DNA of 64,000 bases from Prochlorococcus sp. HOT208_60m_813I02 (GTDB taxonomy: Bacteria > Cyanobacteriota > Cyanobacteriia > PCC-6307 > Cyanobiaceae): assembly GCA_002025865.1 (NCBI GenBank), contig MWOR01000207.1:6106-70105 (forward strand), read 5' to 3'. The notes under the pieces were generated by a model. The model worked only from the letters and a program-made list of their open reading frames with translations, searched no databases and was not told where the DNA came from. Below are positions 49,296 through 59,286 of this stretch, piece after piece. The position numbers and the translations under genes are program-made. Within the stretch, counting starts at the first letter, position 1, and the number at the start of each line of letters is the position of its first letter.

Positions 49296-49782
49296 ATGGA
49301 AATGGATAAATCTTTAACTCATATTAATGAAAAGGGAGAAATGAACATAGTTGATATTTCTGATAAAGAAGAAACTAAAAGAGAGGCTTTAGCAGAAGGA
49401 TACATTAATTTAAACAAAGAAATATTAGAAAAAATAAAATATGAAAAAATTAAAAAAGGTGATATTTTTGCAGCGGCTAGATTTTCTGCAATAAATGGTG
49501 CAAAAAAAACCTCAGAACTTATTCCTCTCTGTCATAATTTATCATTGAATAAAATCACAATTGATTTTGAAATTTGTGAATCAATGAAAGCAATTAAAAT
49601 TATTGCTTTTTGCAAATCTCATTCTAAAACAGGTGTTGAGATGGAGGCTCTTACCTCAGTTTCAATAGGTCTTCTCACTCTATATGACATGCTTAAAGCT
49701 TTAGATCCTTTTATGACTATTGATAATATTCGCCTTTTAGAAAAAAAAAGGTGGTAAAAATGGAATATTAAAAAGAAGTTAA
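49296..49782 (+). CDS. moaC: Cyclic pyranopterin monophosphate synthase, apparent +1 frameshift in an A9 tract near the C-terminus
   Basis: LTH, LIPLCH, KTGVEMEAL, YDMLKA; as sequenced ends LLEKKRW at 49757; removing one A from 49741-49749 gives LLEKKGGKNGILKRS* ending at 49782. Confidence 0.9.
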
Positions 49783-49791
49783 GTACTCACA

Positions 49792-51057
49792 ATGATGGGA
49801 ATTGATATCAATAATCAGGGTCTTTATTTAAATGATGCTATTAAAAAAATCTTGGAAGAGATAGATACTTTAATAGTGAATAATGAAACTTTACATAATG
49901 AAGAGATCAATTTAGACGAGGCACTTGGAAAAGTTTCTATGGAGGAAATCTTATCTGAGGAAGATATACCAGGTTATAGATCATCAGTTATGGATGGATA
50001 TGCGTTAGGAGAATCAACTAAAGGGAATAAATGGAAAATTGTCGGAGAGTCTTTTCCGGGAAAGCCATTTAATGATCTTCTAAAAAAAGGTGAAGCTGTA
50101 ACGATTAGTACAGGTTCATTTGTGCCAGATAATTGTTTTTATGTGATACCTCAAGAACAAGTTTCTTTAGAACTTTTGAACGGAAATGAGTATATTGTTA
50201 AAAAAGAAAAATCATCTAAAAACTCTTGGATTAGAGAAAAAAATGATCAAGTATTTAAAGGTGAAATATTAATCAAGAAAGGGGTAAAGATTACACCTGG
50301 GATCTTAAGTAAATTAGCAAGTTGTGGGATAAGAACTATAAAAGTTAGTAAAATTTCTAAATTAGGTTTACTAATTACTGGAGATGAACTTATCAAATCA
50401 GGAACTGCAAGAAAGAAAGGAGAAATATGGGAAAGTAATAGTATTTTGATAAAATCAATCGCAAAAAATCTTGGATTTGAAATTAATGAAATTCATATAG
50501 AAAAAGATAATTATCAAAATATTAAAAATTCTCTTAGAAATATTTCTGAATTTAATGATGTAGTTATTTCAGTTGGTGGGATATCAGTTGGTAAAAAAGA
50601 TTTTTTAAAAGATATTATTAACGAGATAGGAGAGATTAAATTTTGGAAACTATTTTTAAAGCCAGGGAAACCATTTGCTTTTGGATTGATAAATAAAAAA
50701 ATTCCTTATTTTGGATTACCGGGGAATCCCGTTTCAGCAGCTATTACTTTCATCCAACTTGTGTGGCCCGCGCTTCAGAAACTTGAAGGAATTACTAATA
50801 TTGAATTCCCTCTTAGGATTAAGGTTAAGCTGAATTCTGATTTAAAAAGAAGAAAAGGAAGACCTGAATTGCTTAGAGGAAAACTTATTGTTAATAAAGG
50901 AGGTGAATTGATTGCAGATATTTCTGAAGAACAATCCTCATCAAAGATTAGTTCAATATCTAATTCAGATTTATTAATAGAAATACCTTCTGAAATTGAT
51001 TTTTGTCAAAAGGGAAATTTATTATGGGCACAACTTTTAAAAAATAATTTTTTATAA
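49792..51057 (+). CDS. moeA: Molybdopterin molybdotransferase
   Basis: SVMDGYA, TGDEL, GGISVG..D, KPGKP, GLPGNPVS. Confidence 0.95.
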   Translation: MMGIDINNQGLYLNDAIKKILEEIDTLIVNNETLHNEEINLDEALGKVSMEEILSEEDIPGYRSSVMDGYALGESTKGNKWKIVGESFPGKPFNDLLKKGEAVTISTGSFVPDNCFYVIPQEQVSLELLNGNEYIVKKEKSSKNSWIREKNDQVFKGEILIKKGVKITPGILSKLASCGIRTIKVSKISKLGLLITGDELIKSGTARKKGEIWESNSILIKSIAKNLGFEINEIHIEKDNYQNIKNSLRNISEFNDVVISVGGISVGKKDFLKDIINEIGEIKFWKLFLKPGKPFAFGLINKKIPYFGLPGNPVSAAITFIQLVWPALQKLEGITNIEFPLRIKVKLNSDLKRRKGRPELLRGKLIVNKGGELIADISEEQSSSKISSISNSDLLIEIPSEIDFCQKGNLLWAQLLKNNFL

Positions 51058-51504
51058 TTTAAAGCCTAATTCAGTATTCTTTTTTACCCATGAGGATCCT
51101 TTGAAAGTCCATTCTTTTTTCCAAAAAGGAACATTGTATTTTGTAAATTCAAGTATTTCTTGGAGATATTTATTTGCAATGCCTCTATGATTTGCACTTA
51201 CTGCTACAAAAATTATAGGTTCGTTAGGGTAAATGAAACCTATCCTGTGTAAGAGAAGAATACATAAATCATCCTGTTTTTCAGAAATTTTCAATAAATA
51301 TCTTTTAATATAATTTTCGGTCATTCCTTTATAATGAACAATTTCTAGTTTCTTTAAATCATTTCCAAATTGATCAAAAGGCCTTACTCTTCCAATAAAA
51401 AGTGAGTTTGCTGAATTCTTATTGTCCTTATCCCAAAGTTCGAATTCTTGATAAGGATTAAAAGTTTCTTCTAGGATTTTAAATTGTATTCTTAATTTAT
51501 CCAC
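51052..51504 (-). CDS. moaE: Molybdopterin synthase catalytic subunit
   Basis: FIGRVR, HYKGM, HRIG, SANHR, PFWKKE; GTG start at 51504 overlapping the moaD end. Confidence 0.9.
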   Translation of the reverse strand: MDKLRIQFKILEETFNPYQEFELWDKDNKNSANSLFIGRVRPFDQFGNDLKKLEIVHYKGMTENYIKRYLLKISEKQDDLCILLLHRIGFIYPNEPIIFVAVSANHRGIANKYLQEILEFTKYNVPFWKKEWTFKGSSWVKKNTELGFKL

Positions 51505-51748
51505 CGGTAAACATTGGCATAAATGCCACCTCATCATCTGGATTAATCTTCGCATCCATGTCTTTAATTTCTTGATTAATAGAAACGATAATATTATCTT
51601 GAGGTAAATTAGAATTAATTAACTTCCAAACATAAAAAACCTTCATTTGAGAGCCTTCAATTGTAAGAAATTTTTCATTCCATCCTAGATCTTCAGCGAT
51701 ACTAGATAATAAAACCACCTTAATTTTGTTAGATTTTTCACTTTCCAT
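51497..51748 (-). CDS. moaD: Molybdopterin synthase sulfur carrier subunit
   Basis: Ubiquitin-like size; DEVAFMPMFTGG with C-terminal GG. Confidence 0.92.
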   Translation of the reverse strand: MESEKSNKIKVVLLSSIAEDLGWNEKFLTIEGSQMKVFYVWKLINSNLPQDNIIVSINQEIKDMDAKINPDDEVAFMPMFTGG

Positions 51749-51783
51749 CTATAGTAATCTAGTAACTAATGGTTTAATTTTAA

Positions 51784-52278
51784 GTGGTTTCTATAGCTTT
51801 GCTTACTGTTTCTGATACTCGTAACACAAAAAATGATGAGAGTGGAAATTATCTACTTCAAGAGGCTGAGAAATCAGGACACAATATCTTTAATAAGAAA
51901 ATTTGCAAAGATGATATTTATTTAATTAGAAAATATATAAGCGATTGGATCTCAGATCCAAATATTGATGTGATTATTACAACAGGTGGTACAGGCATTA
52001 CAGCTAGGGACGTTACTCCTGAAGCTGTTAGACCTTTATTAGATAAAGAGATTGATGGTTTTGGGGAAACTTTTAGATTTTTATCATTTAAAAAGATAGG
52101 AACAAGTACTTTACAAAGTAGGTGTATTGCGGGGTCTGCAAATGGTAAGTTTTTATTCGTTTTGCCAGGATCTAAGGATGCTGTGATTACAGGTTGGCAA
52201 GATATAATTTCTTATCAACTTAATGAAAATACAAAACCTTGTAATTTAATAAATCTCATTGATAGGTTAAAAAAATAA
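51784..52278 (+). CDS. moaB: Molybdenum cofactor biosynthesis protein B
   Basis: LTVSD, TTGGTG...RDVTPEA, GFGE.FR, LPGS. Confidence 0.93.
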   Translation: MVSIALLTVSDTRNTKNDESGNYLLQEAEKSGHNIFNKKICKDDIYLIRKYISDWISDPNIDVIITTGGTGITARDVTPEAVRPLLDKEIDGFGETFRFLSFKKIGTSTLQSRCIAGSANGKFLFVLPGSKDAVITGWQDIISYQLNENTKPCNLINLIDRLKK

Positions 52279-52287
52279 TTCTCTAGT

Positions 52288-53016
52288 TTATTTATTTATT
52301 AGAAATTGATTTGAGATTACTTTTTGATTTTTTATGCATTTAAGTAGATAAGGATCTTTTATTTCATTTTCTAATTGAGATAATTGTTCAAAACTATTAT
52401 CATTCCAAATACTCCCTAAAGAAAAAATTGCATATTTAGCGATTTCTAATTCTTTATTTAAAGAATATTTATAGAGCAATTTACAAACTATTTCGCTTTC
52501 TCTTCTTTTTAAGATTGAGATTATCTTGTAGTTAATTTTGAAATTATCGTAAATTTTTATTTGATCAATAAAATATAATAATTTTTCATCAGTTAATTGA
52601 TGAGCTTTGAAATGAAGAATATTAAGGCCTGCAATCCAAAAATCTATTTCGCAAATATCGAATATTTCTCTAATTAATTCAAGTTCGATTTCTCCTCCCC
52701 AGGGCTCTAAAGCATTTATTATATGAATACTTAACTTATTATTTTGATAAAGATTTTTAAGCAAAAGATCTTTTGCTTTTTTTTCATTTGTTAATTTTAG
52801 GGCCTCAATAAATTCAACTTTAAGGCCAAATTTTTTTATCATCTTTTCAAGTAAAAAATATCCTTTCCTTTCTTGCATACCTATCTTTTCAGCAATAACT
52901 TTACGAATCTCAAAAGATAATTCCAATGAATAGTAGGAAAATAGAATATCAAGATCTAATTTTTTTGAACCTAATCCATTTAAAACTTCTAATATTTCAG
53001 ATTCACTTTTGCTCAT
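52288..53016 (-). CDS. HEAT-repeat-like protein co-transcribed with nirA (possible NirB-like nitrite reductase maturation factor)
   Basis: Helical repeats (INALEPW, AIFSLGS); 10 nt downstream of nirA; function inferred from context. Confidence 0.6.
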   Translation of the reverse strand: MSKSESEILEVLNGLGSKKLDLDILFSYYSLELSFEIRKVIAEKIGMQERKGYFLLEKMIKKFGLKVEFIEALKLTNEKKAKDLLLKNLYQNNKLSIHIINALEPWGGEIELELIREIFDICEIDFWIAGLNILHFKAHQLTDEKLLYFIDQIKIYDNFKINYKIISILKRRESEIVCKLLYKYSLNKELEIAKYAIFSLGSIWNDNSFEQLSQLENEIKDPYLLKCIKNQKVISNQFLINK

Positions 53017-53026
53017 TAATATATTT

Positions 53027-54550
53027 TTAGGTTTTTAACTTTGCATTAAACTTGTTGATTAAAATTTCTTTGATTAAATTATAAATTTCATGTTTACTAA
53101 CTTTTTTAAATTCTGTTTCACCTAAGGTTTGCAGGTGATCTTGTCTTCCTCCAATACTGACATTATATCCATCCTCAGTTCCACCTCCCTCTTTTTTTAC
53201 CTTTGTACCGGTCATGCCAATACCACCCATATGAGCTTGTCCACAATTATTTGGACAACCTGTCCAATGGATTTTAACCTCCTCTGATAATTCAAGTTCT
53301 CTATCTAGTTTTTCAGAAACATTCCTTGCTATATCTTTGGTATTTGCAAGAGCAAAGCTACAATATTTACTCCCTGTACATGAAACGGTACTTGCTGAAA
53401 AATGGGATGGATTTAATCTGAATTTATTAATAATTTCTTCATCACCAAATTCTTCTAAAATATTATTTTTTAGACCAACAATAATTAGATTTTGATCTTC
53501 GGTTAGTCTTACTTCACTTTGTCCATATTTTTCACTTAGTCTTGCAATTTCTTGTATGTCTTCTACACATAACCTCCCTACAGGAATATGTAATCCAGCA
53601 AAGTAAAGATTGTTTTGTTTTTGTCTATTAATCCCAAATAAACTTCTTTGTTTTTCGTTGAAAATTGAGCCTGGATCGTTCGACAAAGTTCCAAATTTTT
53701 CTTCTACAAGTTTTCTAAATTTTTCGATACCTATAGAGTTCAAATAATATCTAAATCTTCCTTTATTTCTTAGGAATCTATCTCCATTATCTCGCCAAAG
53801 GGAACAAATAATTCCAGTTATTTTGCATATATCTTTTTCTTCTACCCAGACATCTAGAGGTAAAGCATAAGCATTCAAAGTTGCTGACAATATTCCTCCT
53901 ACCCAGACACCAAAGCCTAATATTCCATTTTTAAAAACAGGATGAAAGATAATATCATTATGTAGAAGAAAATTATCTTTTGCTCCTGCAACTGCAGTAT
54001 TCCACTTCCTTGGTAAATTCGAGAATTCGGGGTTTCCATTACCAGAATTTGTTAAGTAATTTTCTAATTCAGAAGTATATTTTCTTGTATCTATAATTTC
54101 TTCAGGATCAATTCCCGCTAGTGGATTGCCAGTAACATTTCTTGGATTATCCATTCCAGACTGGACGGATGTAATATCAACCTCTCTAAGTCTTTTAATA
54201 ATATCTGGTAGATCATTTATCAAAACCCCCCTTAATTGAATATTTTGCCTAGTTGTTATATCTGCAGAACCGTCTTCTCCATATCTAGCAACTATTGACG
54301 CGATCACTCTCAACTGTTTTGAGTTTAAAATTCCATTGGGAACTCTAAGCCTCATCATAAATCTTCCGGGAGTTTTTGGTCTCCAAAAAAGGCCATACCA
54401 CTTTAAGCGCATTTGCAAATCTACTTCATCAATCTCTTCCCATCCTTTAAGAGCATAATCATCTAACTCTTTAAAAATTTTCAGACCATCTTTCTCCGCC
54501 TTTTGCTTTTCAATCTTATTTAATTTTTTATCATTTAAATAATATTGCAT
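53027..54550 (-). CDS. nirA: Ferredoxin--nitrite reductase
   Basis: RLKWYG, ITTRQNIQ, NLPRKWN, CTGSKYC, HWTGCPNNCG; start MQYYLN at 54550. Confidence 0.96.
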   Translation of the reverse strand: MQYYLNDKKLNKIEKQKAEKDGLKIFKELDDYALKGWEEIDEVDLQMRLKWYGLFWRPKTPGRFMMRLRVPNGILNSKQLRVIASIVARYGEDGSADITTRQNIQLRGVLINDLPDIIKRLREVDITSVQSGMDNPRNVTGNPLAGIDPEEIIDTRKYTSELENYLTNSGNGNPEFSNLPRKWNTAVAGAKDNFLLHNDIIFHPVFKNGILGFGVWVGGILSATLNAYALPLDVWVEEKDICKITGIICSLWRDNGDRFLRNKGRFRYYLNSIGIEKFRKLVEEKFGTLSNDPGSIFNEKQRSLFGINRQKQNNLYFAGLHIPVGRLCVEDIQEIARLSEKYGQSEVRLTEDQNLIIVGLKNNILEEFGDEEIINKFRLNPSHFSASTVSCTGSKYCSFALANTKDIARNVSEKLDRELELSEEVKIHWTGCPNNCGQAHMGGIGMTGTKVKKEGGGTEDGYNVSIGGRQDHLQTLGETEFKKVSKHEIYNLIKEILINKFNAKLKT

Positions 54551-54595
54551 ATTAATTTTTATTCTTTTATTCTTATGAGATTTTAGACAATTTAA

Positions 54596-54611
54596 TGTTT
54601 CCTTATATACA
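54596..54611 (-). promoter_or_regulatory. NtcA box upstream of nirA
   Basis: Minus strand TGTA-TATAAGGA-AACA (one mismatch). Confidence 0.55.
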
Positions 54612-54711
54612 AATGTCAATAAATATTGATTATTTTTTTGACACCGAATTCCATATTTTAGGAAACTCTTAAGCTCATAAAAACATAAAGGCTTTTTCTT
54701 GGCCGGAACAC

Positions 54712-54981
54712 TTATCCGTAATTATGAGATACTTCTGTCCATCCTTTTTGGTGTAGTTCGTGCCACTTTTCCCAGGCTGAATCTATGTTAAGTTTTTCAG
54801 AGGATTTGTACCCTCCTGGTTCTCCAAGGTGATTTGTGTAGAAAAGATGGGTATGAATTTTTAAATTAGGTTTAGGAGTATTTTTGCATTCTTCGAAAAA
54901 GATCATTCTACTTCCTTCGGGATTTAGTAGACATCCGCTTGGGATGCTAGTGCTACAACCAAATGAGTAATTAGGCTTCAT
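54712..54981 (-). CDS. DUF1651-family protein
   Basis: G.L.NP.G..I.F, GEP..K, AW..W.EL..KGW. Confidence 0.75.
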   Translation of the reverse strand: MKPNYSFGCSTSIPSGCLLNPEGSRMIFFEECKNTPKPNLKIHTHLFYTNHLGEPGGYKSSEKLNIDSAWEKWHELHQKGWTEVSHNYG

Positions 54982-55010
54982 GCTTTCACCTTAATAGGCT
55001 ATTTTAATAT

Positions 55011-55026
55011 TAATACATTTGTACTA
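55011..55026. promoter_or_regulatory. Putative LexA box upstream of the DUF1651 gene
   Basis: Minus strand TAGTACA-AA-TGTATTA, one mismatch to TAGTACA-N2-TGTACTA. Confidence 0.6.
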
Positions 55027-55130
55027 TAAAATATAACCTTTTTGTTTTGCTGTCAATTCTTTTAGGGTAATGTACTTATTTACTAATAATGATTTTGTTT
55101 TTTAATGAAAAAGATAATTTAGTTGAGCTT

Positions 55131-55313
55131 ATGAATTACAGGGAAGATTTAGAAATCAAACTACAAAAAGTAACACTTGCGATACAGGAGGTTGTAGAGG
55201 ATGTCTATAAGACTGAACAGGAGAAGCAAAAAATTATTGGCAAACTGATTGACTTTAAAGAAGCAATAATATCAAAAGGTATTGAACTTCATATTGAATT
55301 AGAAGCAGCCTAG
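55131..55313 (+). CDS. Small coiled-coil hypothetical protein
   Basis: Likely start MNYREDLEIKLQ. Confidence 0.65.
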   Translation: MNYREDLEIKLQKVTLAIQEVVEDVYKTEQEKQKIIGKLIDFKEAIISKGIELHIELEAA

Positions 55314-55385
55314 AAATATTGCAAATCTCATGAATATTTAAATGCTTTTAGAATATTGGTATTAACAGAGAAGGTTAATTATCAA

Positions 55386-55547
55386 ATGCAGCCAGGAACT
55401 TTTGAATTATTGATTATAGTATTTATCTTTTTAGGTCTTCAAGCTTGGTGGATTATCCCAATAGTTATTAAAAATAATAAATTAAATAAGACAGGTAAGG
55501 ATTTAAGAGAGGAAATTAAGCAATTAGAAAAGTTATATAAAAAATAA
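55386..55547 (+). CDS. Small single-TM protein
   Basis: AGAAGG RBS, MQPGTFELL..LGLQAWWIIP. Confidence 0.6.
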   Translation: MQPGTFELLIIVFIFLGLQAWWIIPIVIKNNKLNKTGKDLREEIKQLEKLYKK

Positions 55548-55600
55548 ATTAGTTTATTATTTTTGCAAGTTACCTATTATTACCTAAACTTAAATATCTA

Positions 55601-56024
55601 ATGAAATTAAAAAAAAATTATTCCATTATTCTCCCTTTTTATAGGGACTTTAGCTTTACCATACCCATCTCTTGCTGAAGAAAAGATTGAATTTATACCC
55701 CTTATCCAAACTTCAAAAAGATTAAGTGGCAAAAACTTTAATTATCAATAAGATAAGCCTGAATTAAGACTTTTAAAAGTGAAGATTCCAGCAGGGATTG
55801 AGACCCTAATCCATAGGCACCTTGCCCCAATTTTGATTCATGTAAAGAGCGGAAGATTAAAGCACGTTAGGGGTGAAGAAATTAATTTCTTTAAAGCATG
55901 CGATACATTTTTGGAGAGTAATGATGGGGACGTCCACTATGTGAAAAATGTTGAAAAGAAGGCGGTTTTACTTCATGTGGGTGTTGTATCAGTAGTTGGA
56001 ATGCCTACGACCATAAATAAATAA
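55601..56024 (+). pseudogene. Disrupted secreted cupin-domain protein
   Basis: Frameshift in the poly-A after ATGAAATT, signal peptide in the shifted frame, in-frame TAA at 55749-55751, then cupin motifs H.H..P...G.L..G..F.E....H.V.N. Confidence 0.75.
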
Positions 56025-56070
56025 TATTTTTCTGTAATTTGTTCAATCTGCATTTTGAGGATTGAACTTT

Positions 56071-57777
56071 TTATGAAGAGCAGCTGTAGTGAGATACGCC
56101 TCCATAGTTAAAGTACTTGCTTGGCTTTAGTCGATTATATTTTTTATCTATTTCTGAGGGTTGTTCTATATATGGATTACTAAAGACATCCTGTAACTCT
56201 TTTATTTTTTTGTAATTTCCTTTTTCAGCTTCTTCATATGCGGGAACAACCATCCATTCGCGCCAAGTATAAACTGGATTAAGGGATTTCATTGATGCTG
56301 ATTTTGATTTAATATTTCCCTCTTTCTTCAAGATTGATTGCCAATTTTCAAGCCATACTTCCCACCTATTATTAAGTTCATCATTAATTGGTAAATAGAA
56401 ACAGTCTTTTAAAGAATCTAAGTTAACAGGAATTTCAGAGAGTTTACGGAACAAAATTGTATAGTCTGCTTTTGAAATGATCATGAGATTAAAAAATTCA
56501 TTTATTAGAGTTTCGTTGTAATGTTCTAAGCCAAGCTTGTTTGCCCACATTTTCTTCAACTCTTTGTTCATCAATTCTGAAAAAGCCTTTTCGATTTGAT
56601 CTAACTTTTCTTGATCTTGTTTGCTTTCTGAAAGTAATGGACTAAGAGAGGAACAGAATGTTTTAAAGTTGATTGCTGCAGCAGAGGGTTGGTTAAAAAA
56701 TGAGAAATGTTCACCTCCACCTGTCCAGGGTTGAAATCTTGGATCAAATAATTCACAGAATCCAAAGGGGCCATAATCCAAGGTATAACCCCCCGCAGCA
56801 CAATTATCACTATTAAAATTACCCTGGCAATAACCAACTCGCATCCAATTGGCTATAAGTGATATGAGTCTTGATCTGTATAAAGAAGCCAGTTTTATTA
56901 CTTTACTTTCAATTGAAATCTCATAATCAATTTCATCTTCATAATTTCTATCAATAAGATGTTGAACGATCATCTTTAGTTCATTGAGGGCACCATCATG
57001 CGCATTATTACGAACTCGTCTTGCAAAAAGTTCAATCTGGCCTACACGTAAAAAAGATGGAGCGACTCTCGTAGTAATTGCCGCTTGATTATCAATCATG
57101 ATGTCAGGTTCAAAATACCTGGCCCCTTTGGAGTACCACGGTCTTCTAACTTTTTCTGAACGTGAGACATAGAGTGTTAAAGATCTTGAGGTAGGGATTC
57201 CCAAGGAATCCATTAATTCCTGTGCGAGAAATTCTCGTACGCTAGACCTTAAAACGGCTCTACCATCTGCTCCACGACAGTAGGGAGTTGGGCCTCCTCC
57301 TTTAAGTTGCATTTCCATTCTTTTCCCATTGAATAAACCTTCAAAAACAGAAATTGCTCTGCCATCGCCATAACCATTGCCAGTGCCAAAGGGACATTGT
57401 TGGGTATATTCAGTTCCGTAAATTGATAATGCATAACCTGTTGCCCAACCAACAGGACTCATTGGATAATCAGCAACAGAAATATCACCTGAGAAAAAAA
57501 GACAAAATTTTTGGTCTTTAGTAAGATCTGAGCTTAGTCCTAGTTCTTTAAAAAGTTTCTTGCTATGGGAGATATATTCTGGTTCTGGAATAGCAGTTGG
57601 GAGGACTGGTACAAAATGACCTGAATATACTGAACGCGGTTTATGATCATTTCCATCTTTTGTTGATTGAGGATCTGCTTTAAGAAAATTCATAAAAGAA
57701 TAGTCAGATAGTTGAGAAAATTCATAAAAATTTTCAGTAAGCTTTCCTTTTGATGAATCAGATTTGGTTGGCATCAA
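56071..57777 (-). CDS. selO: Protein adenylyltransferase SelO/YdiU
   Basis: YGDGRA, QLKGGGPTPY.RGADGRAVLRSSVRE, QGNFNSDN, DYGPFGF, C-terminal CSS. Confidence 0.92.
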   Translation of the reverse strand: MMPTKSDSSKGKLTENFYEFSQLSDYSFMNFLKADPQSTKDGNDHKPRSVYSGHFVPVLPTAIPEPEYISHSKKLFKELGLSSDLTKDQKFCLFFSGDISVADYPMSPVGWATGYALSIYGTEYTQQCPFGTGNGYGDGRAISVFEGLFNGKRMEMQLKGGGPTPYCRGADGRAVLRSSVREFLAQELMDSLGIPTSRSLTLYVSRSEKVRRPWYSKGARYFEPDIMIDNQAAITTRVAPSFLRVGQIELFARRVRNNAHDGALNELKMIVQHLIDRNYEDEIDYEISIESKVIKLASLYRSRLISLIANWMRVGYCQGNFNSDNCAAGGYTLDYGPFGFCELFDPRFQPWTGGGEHFSFFNQPSAAAINFKTFCSSLSPLLSESKQDQEKLDQIEKAFSELMNKELKKMWANKLGLEHYNETLINEFFNLMIISKADYTILFRKLSEIPVNLDSLKDCFYLPINDELNNRWEVWLENWQSILKKEGNIKSKSASMKSLNPVYTWREWMVVPAYEEAEKGNYKKIKELQDVFSNPYIEQPSEIDKKYNRLKPSKYFNYGGVSHYSCSS

Positions 57778-57980
57778 ATTTGTAATTTATTCTTGTAAGC
57801 GTTCTAATTTCTTTAAATTAAACACCTAAACGTATTTTATATAGATTTTATTATGTATGGTTTTTTGTCGATAATTTTGAGATTATATAGAAATGAAAAA
57901 ATAATATTTACCAAAAAAAGTCTGCACTAAAAAATTTTTTGCAAAAAGATTTAAAATCTTAAAAACACTCTTCTTCTACT

Positions 57981-58262
57981 ATGACTATTGAAACGACTAT
58001 TCTAGATTTTCAACTAAACAATACGTTTAAACAATATGAATCTCATATGAATGCTCAGGAACAACAGTCTATATTTAAAGAAATGGGAGTTAAAACATTT
58101 TATATTGGTAAATCATTAGATGATCCTCAAAGAGCAACTGTAATTTTTCAAGGACCAGAAAATGTTTGATATGATATTTTTATGAATCCTGGAACAAAAC
58201 CTATTGTTGAGGCTTCAGGGCATATTTATGTGGGTACAAAAATAACTCGCTGGATTTCTTGA
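57981..58262 (+). pseudogene. DUF3764-family gene with premature TGA
   Basis: TGA at 58167-58169; the same frame continues YDIFMNPGTKPIVEASGHIYVGTKITRWIS*. Confidence 0.7.
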
Positions 58263-58277
58263 AAAAATAAATCTTTT

Positions 58278-58577
58278 ATGAATTATCAACTTTTAATTGA
58301 ATCATATTCTTTTGGGACGCCCCTTTCTGAGCAAGAAATAGAACTTTTAAGTCTGGAACTTGAAACACAAATCATGAACATTAATATATCAACAGAATTT
58401 GGCTGTTTTAAATCGGCCCCCTCCCATATTTGCGATGGTCTTAATTTAAAAAAAAATACTTATTGGATTATGTGCCTTGCTGAAATATTAGATTTACATA
58501 AACCCCCCAAATTTGGGAAAACGAAAAGTGTAGAGGTTTTCGATTTACTTCTTGAAAAAGGACTTGTTATTGGTTAA
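58278..58577 (+). CDS. Hypothetical protein
   Basis: ORF track; APSHICDGL.L...YW..CLA motif similar to 41599-41889. Confidence 0.7.
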   Translation: MNYQLLIESYSFGTPLSEQEIELLSLELETQIMNINISTEFGCFKSAPSHICDGLNLKKNTYWIMCLAEILDLHKPPKFGKTKSVEVFDLLLEKGLVIG

Positions 58578-58657
58578 TTATTTAATTATTTGAGTATTAA
58601 AAAAATAAGTTGTTTTCTCTTTATTCTGATAGCATTAACCTAGGTTCAGTTAAATAA

Positions 58658-59014
58658 ATGAAAGATACTAATGAATTGATATTGGGAAATATTATTAAGT
58701 TAACCAGATCAAGTGAAAAGAAATTTAAACTGGGAAATTTTAAAGGAGCAATAGATGACAAAATGGAGGCTAATGCAATTTTGAAATCCAAATCTTGTAA
58801 TGAAAAAATTATTGAAAAATATAGAGAAGAATTATCTAGATTGTATTCCTCAAAATTTGATCTTATATTCGATCATAAGCTGAAAATTGATGAAATAAAG
58901 AGAAATGAAATAGTAAAAATGCTGGAACAAAAAAGTAAGGAAAAATTAAAAAGTCTTGATCATAAAGGTGCAATAAAAGCCTTTAGGAGGGCAGAAAAAT
59001 ATTTTTCAAATTAA
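58658..59014 (+). CDS. Hypothetical helical (TPR-like) protein
   Basis: Two G(N/D)xKGAI-type repeats. Confidence 0.65.
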   Translation: MKDTNELILGNIIKLTRSSEKKFKLGNFKGAIDDKMEANAILKSKSCNEKIIEKYREELSRLYSSKFDLIFDHKLKIDEIKRNEIVKMLEQKSKEKLKSLDHKGAIKAFRRAEKYFSN

Positions 59015-59142
59015 GATCAATATAAAACTCATAATTTTTATAATACAAATCAAATTTATAAGTTTAAGAATATAAATAATGAAAGGGTTGCTTTTTTTTC
59101 AGAATTCGTTTTTCTAAATATAGATCATTTTTGGTACTACTC

Positions 59143-59256
59143 ATGGTTATGCCTCAATCTACCTTGGAAAGCTTATTATTTTTTTTGATACTATCTCTTG
59201 TCGCGACTTATATAGTTAATTTAAAGTATGCTTCAAAGTTAAAAATACAGAAGTAG
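59143..59256 (+). CDS. 37-aa single-TM microprotein
   Basis: MVMPQSTLESLLFFLILSLVATYIVNLKYASKLKIQK*, translated by hand. Confidence 0.4.
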   Translation: MVMPQSTLESLLFFLILSLVATYIVNLKYASKLKIQK

Positions 59257-59286
59257 TTTTTTTATTGATCTTTTTCTGAATTTGAT

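Noticed and set aside
43764-57452. Shadow ORFs in the nitrate cluster and selO (43764, 44858, 46300, 47467, 47560, 56601, 57249)
   Set aside because: They overlap known genes or the NtcA promoter region and have no independent support.
58167-58169. In-frame TGA beside selO read as selenocysteine
   Set aside because: No SECIS-like hairpin evident, the position is not in a redox motif, this SelO ends in Cys-Ser-Ser, and nearby genes carry ordinary TAA nonsense codons.
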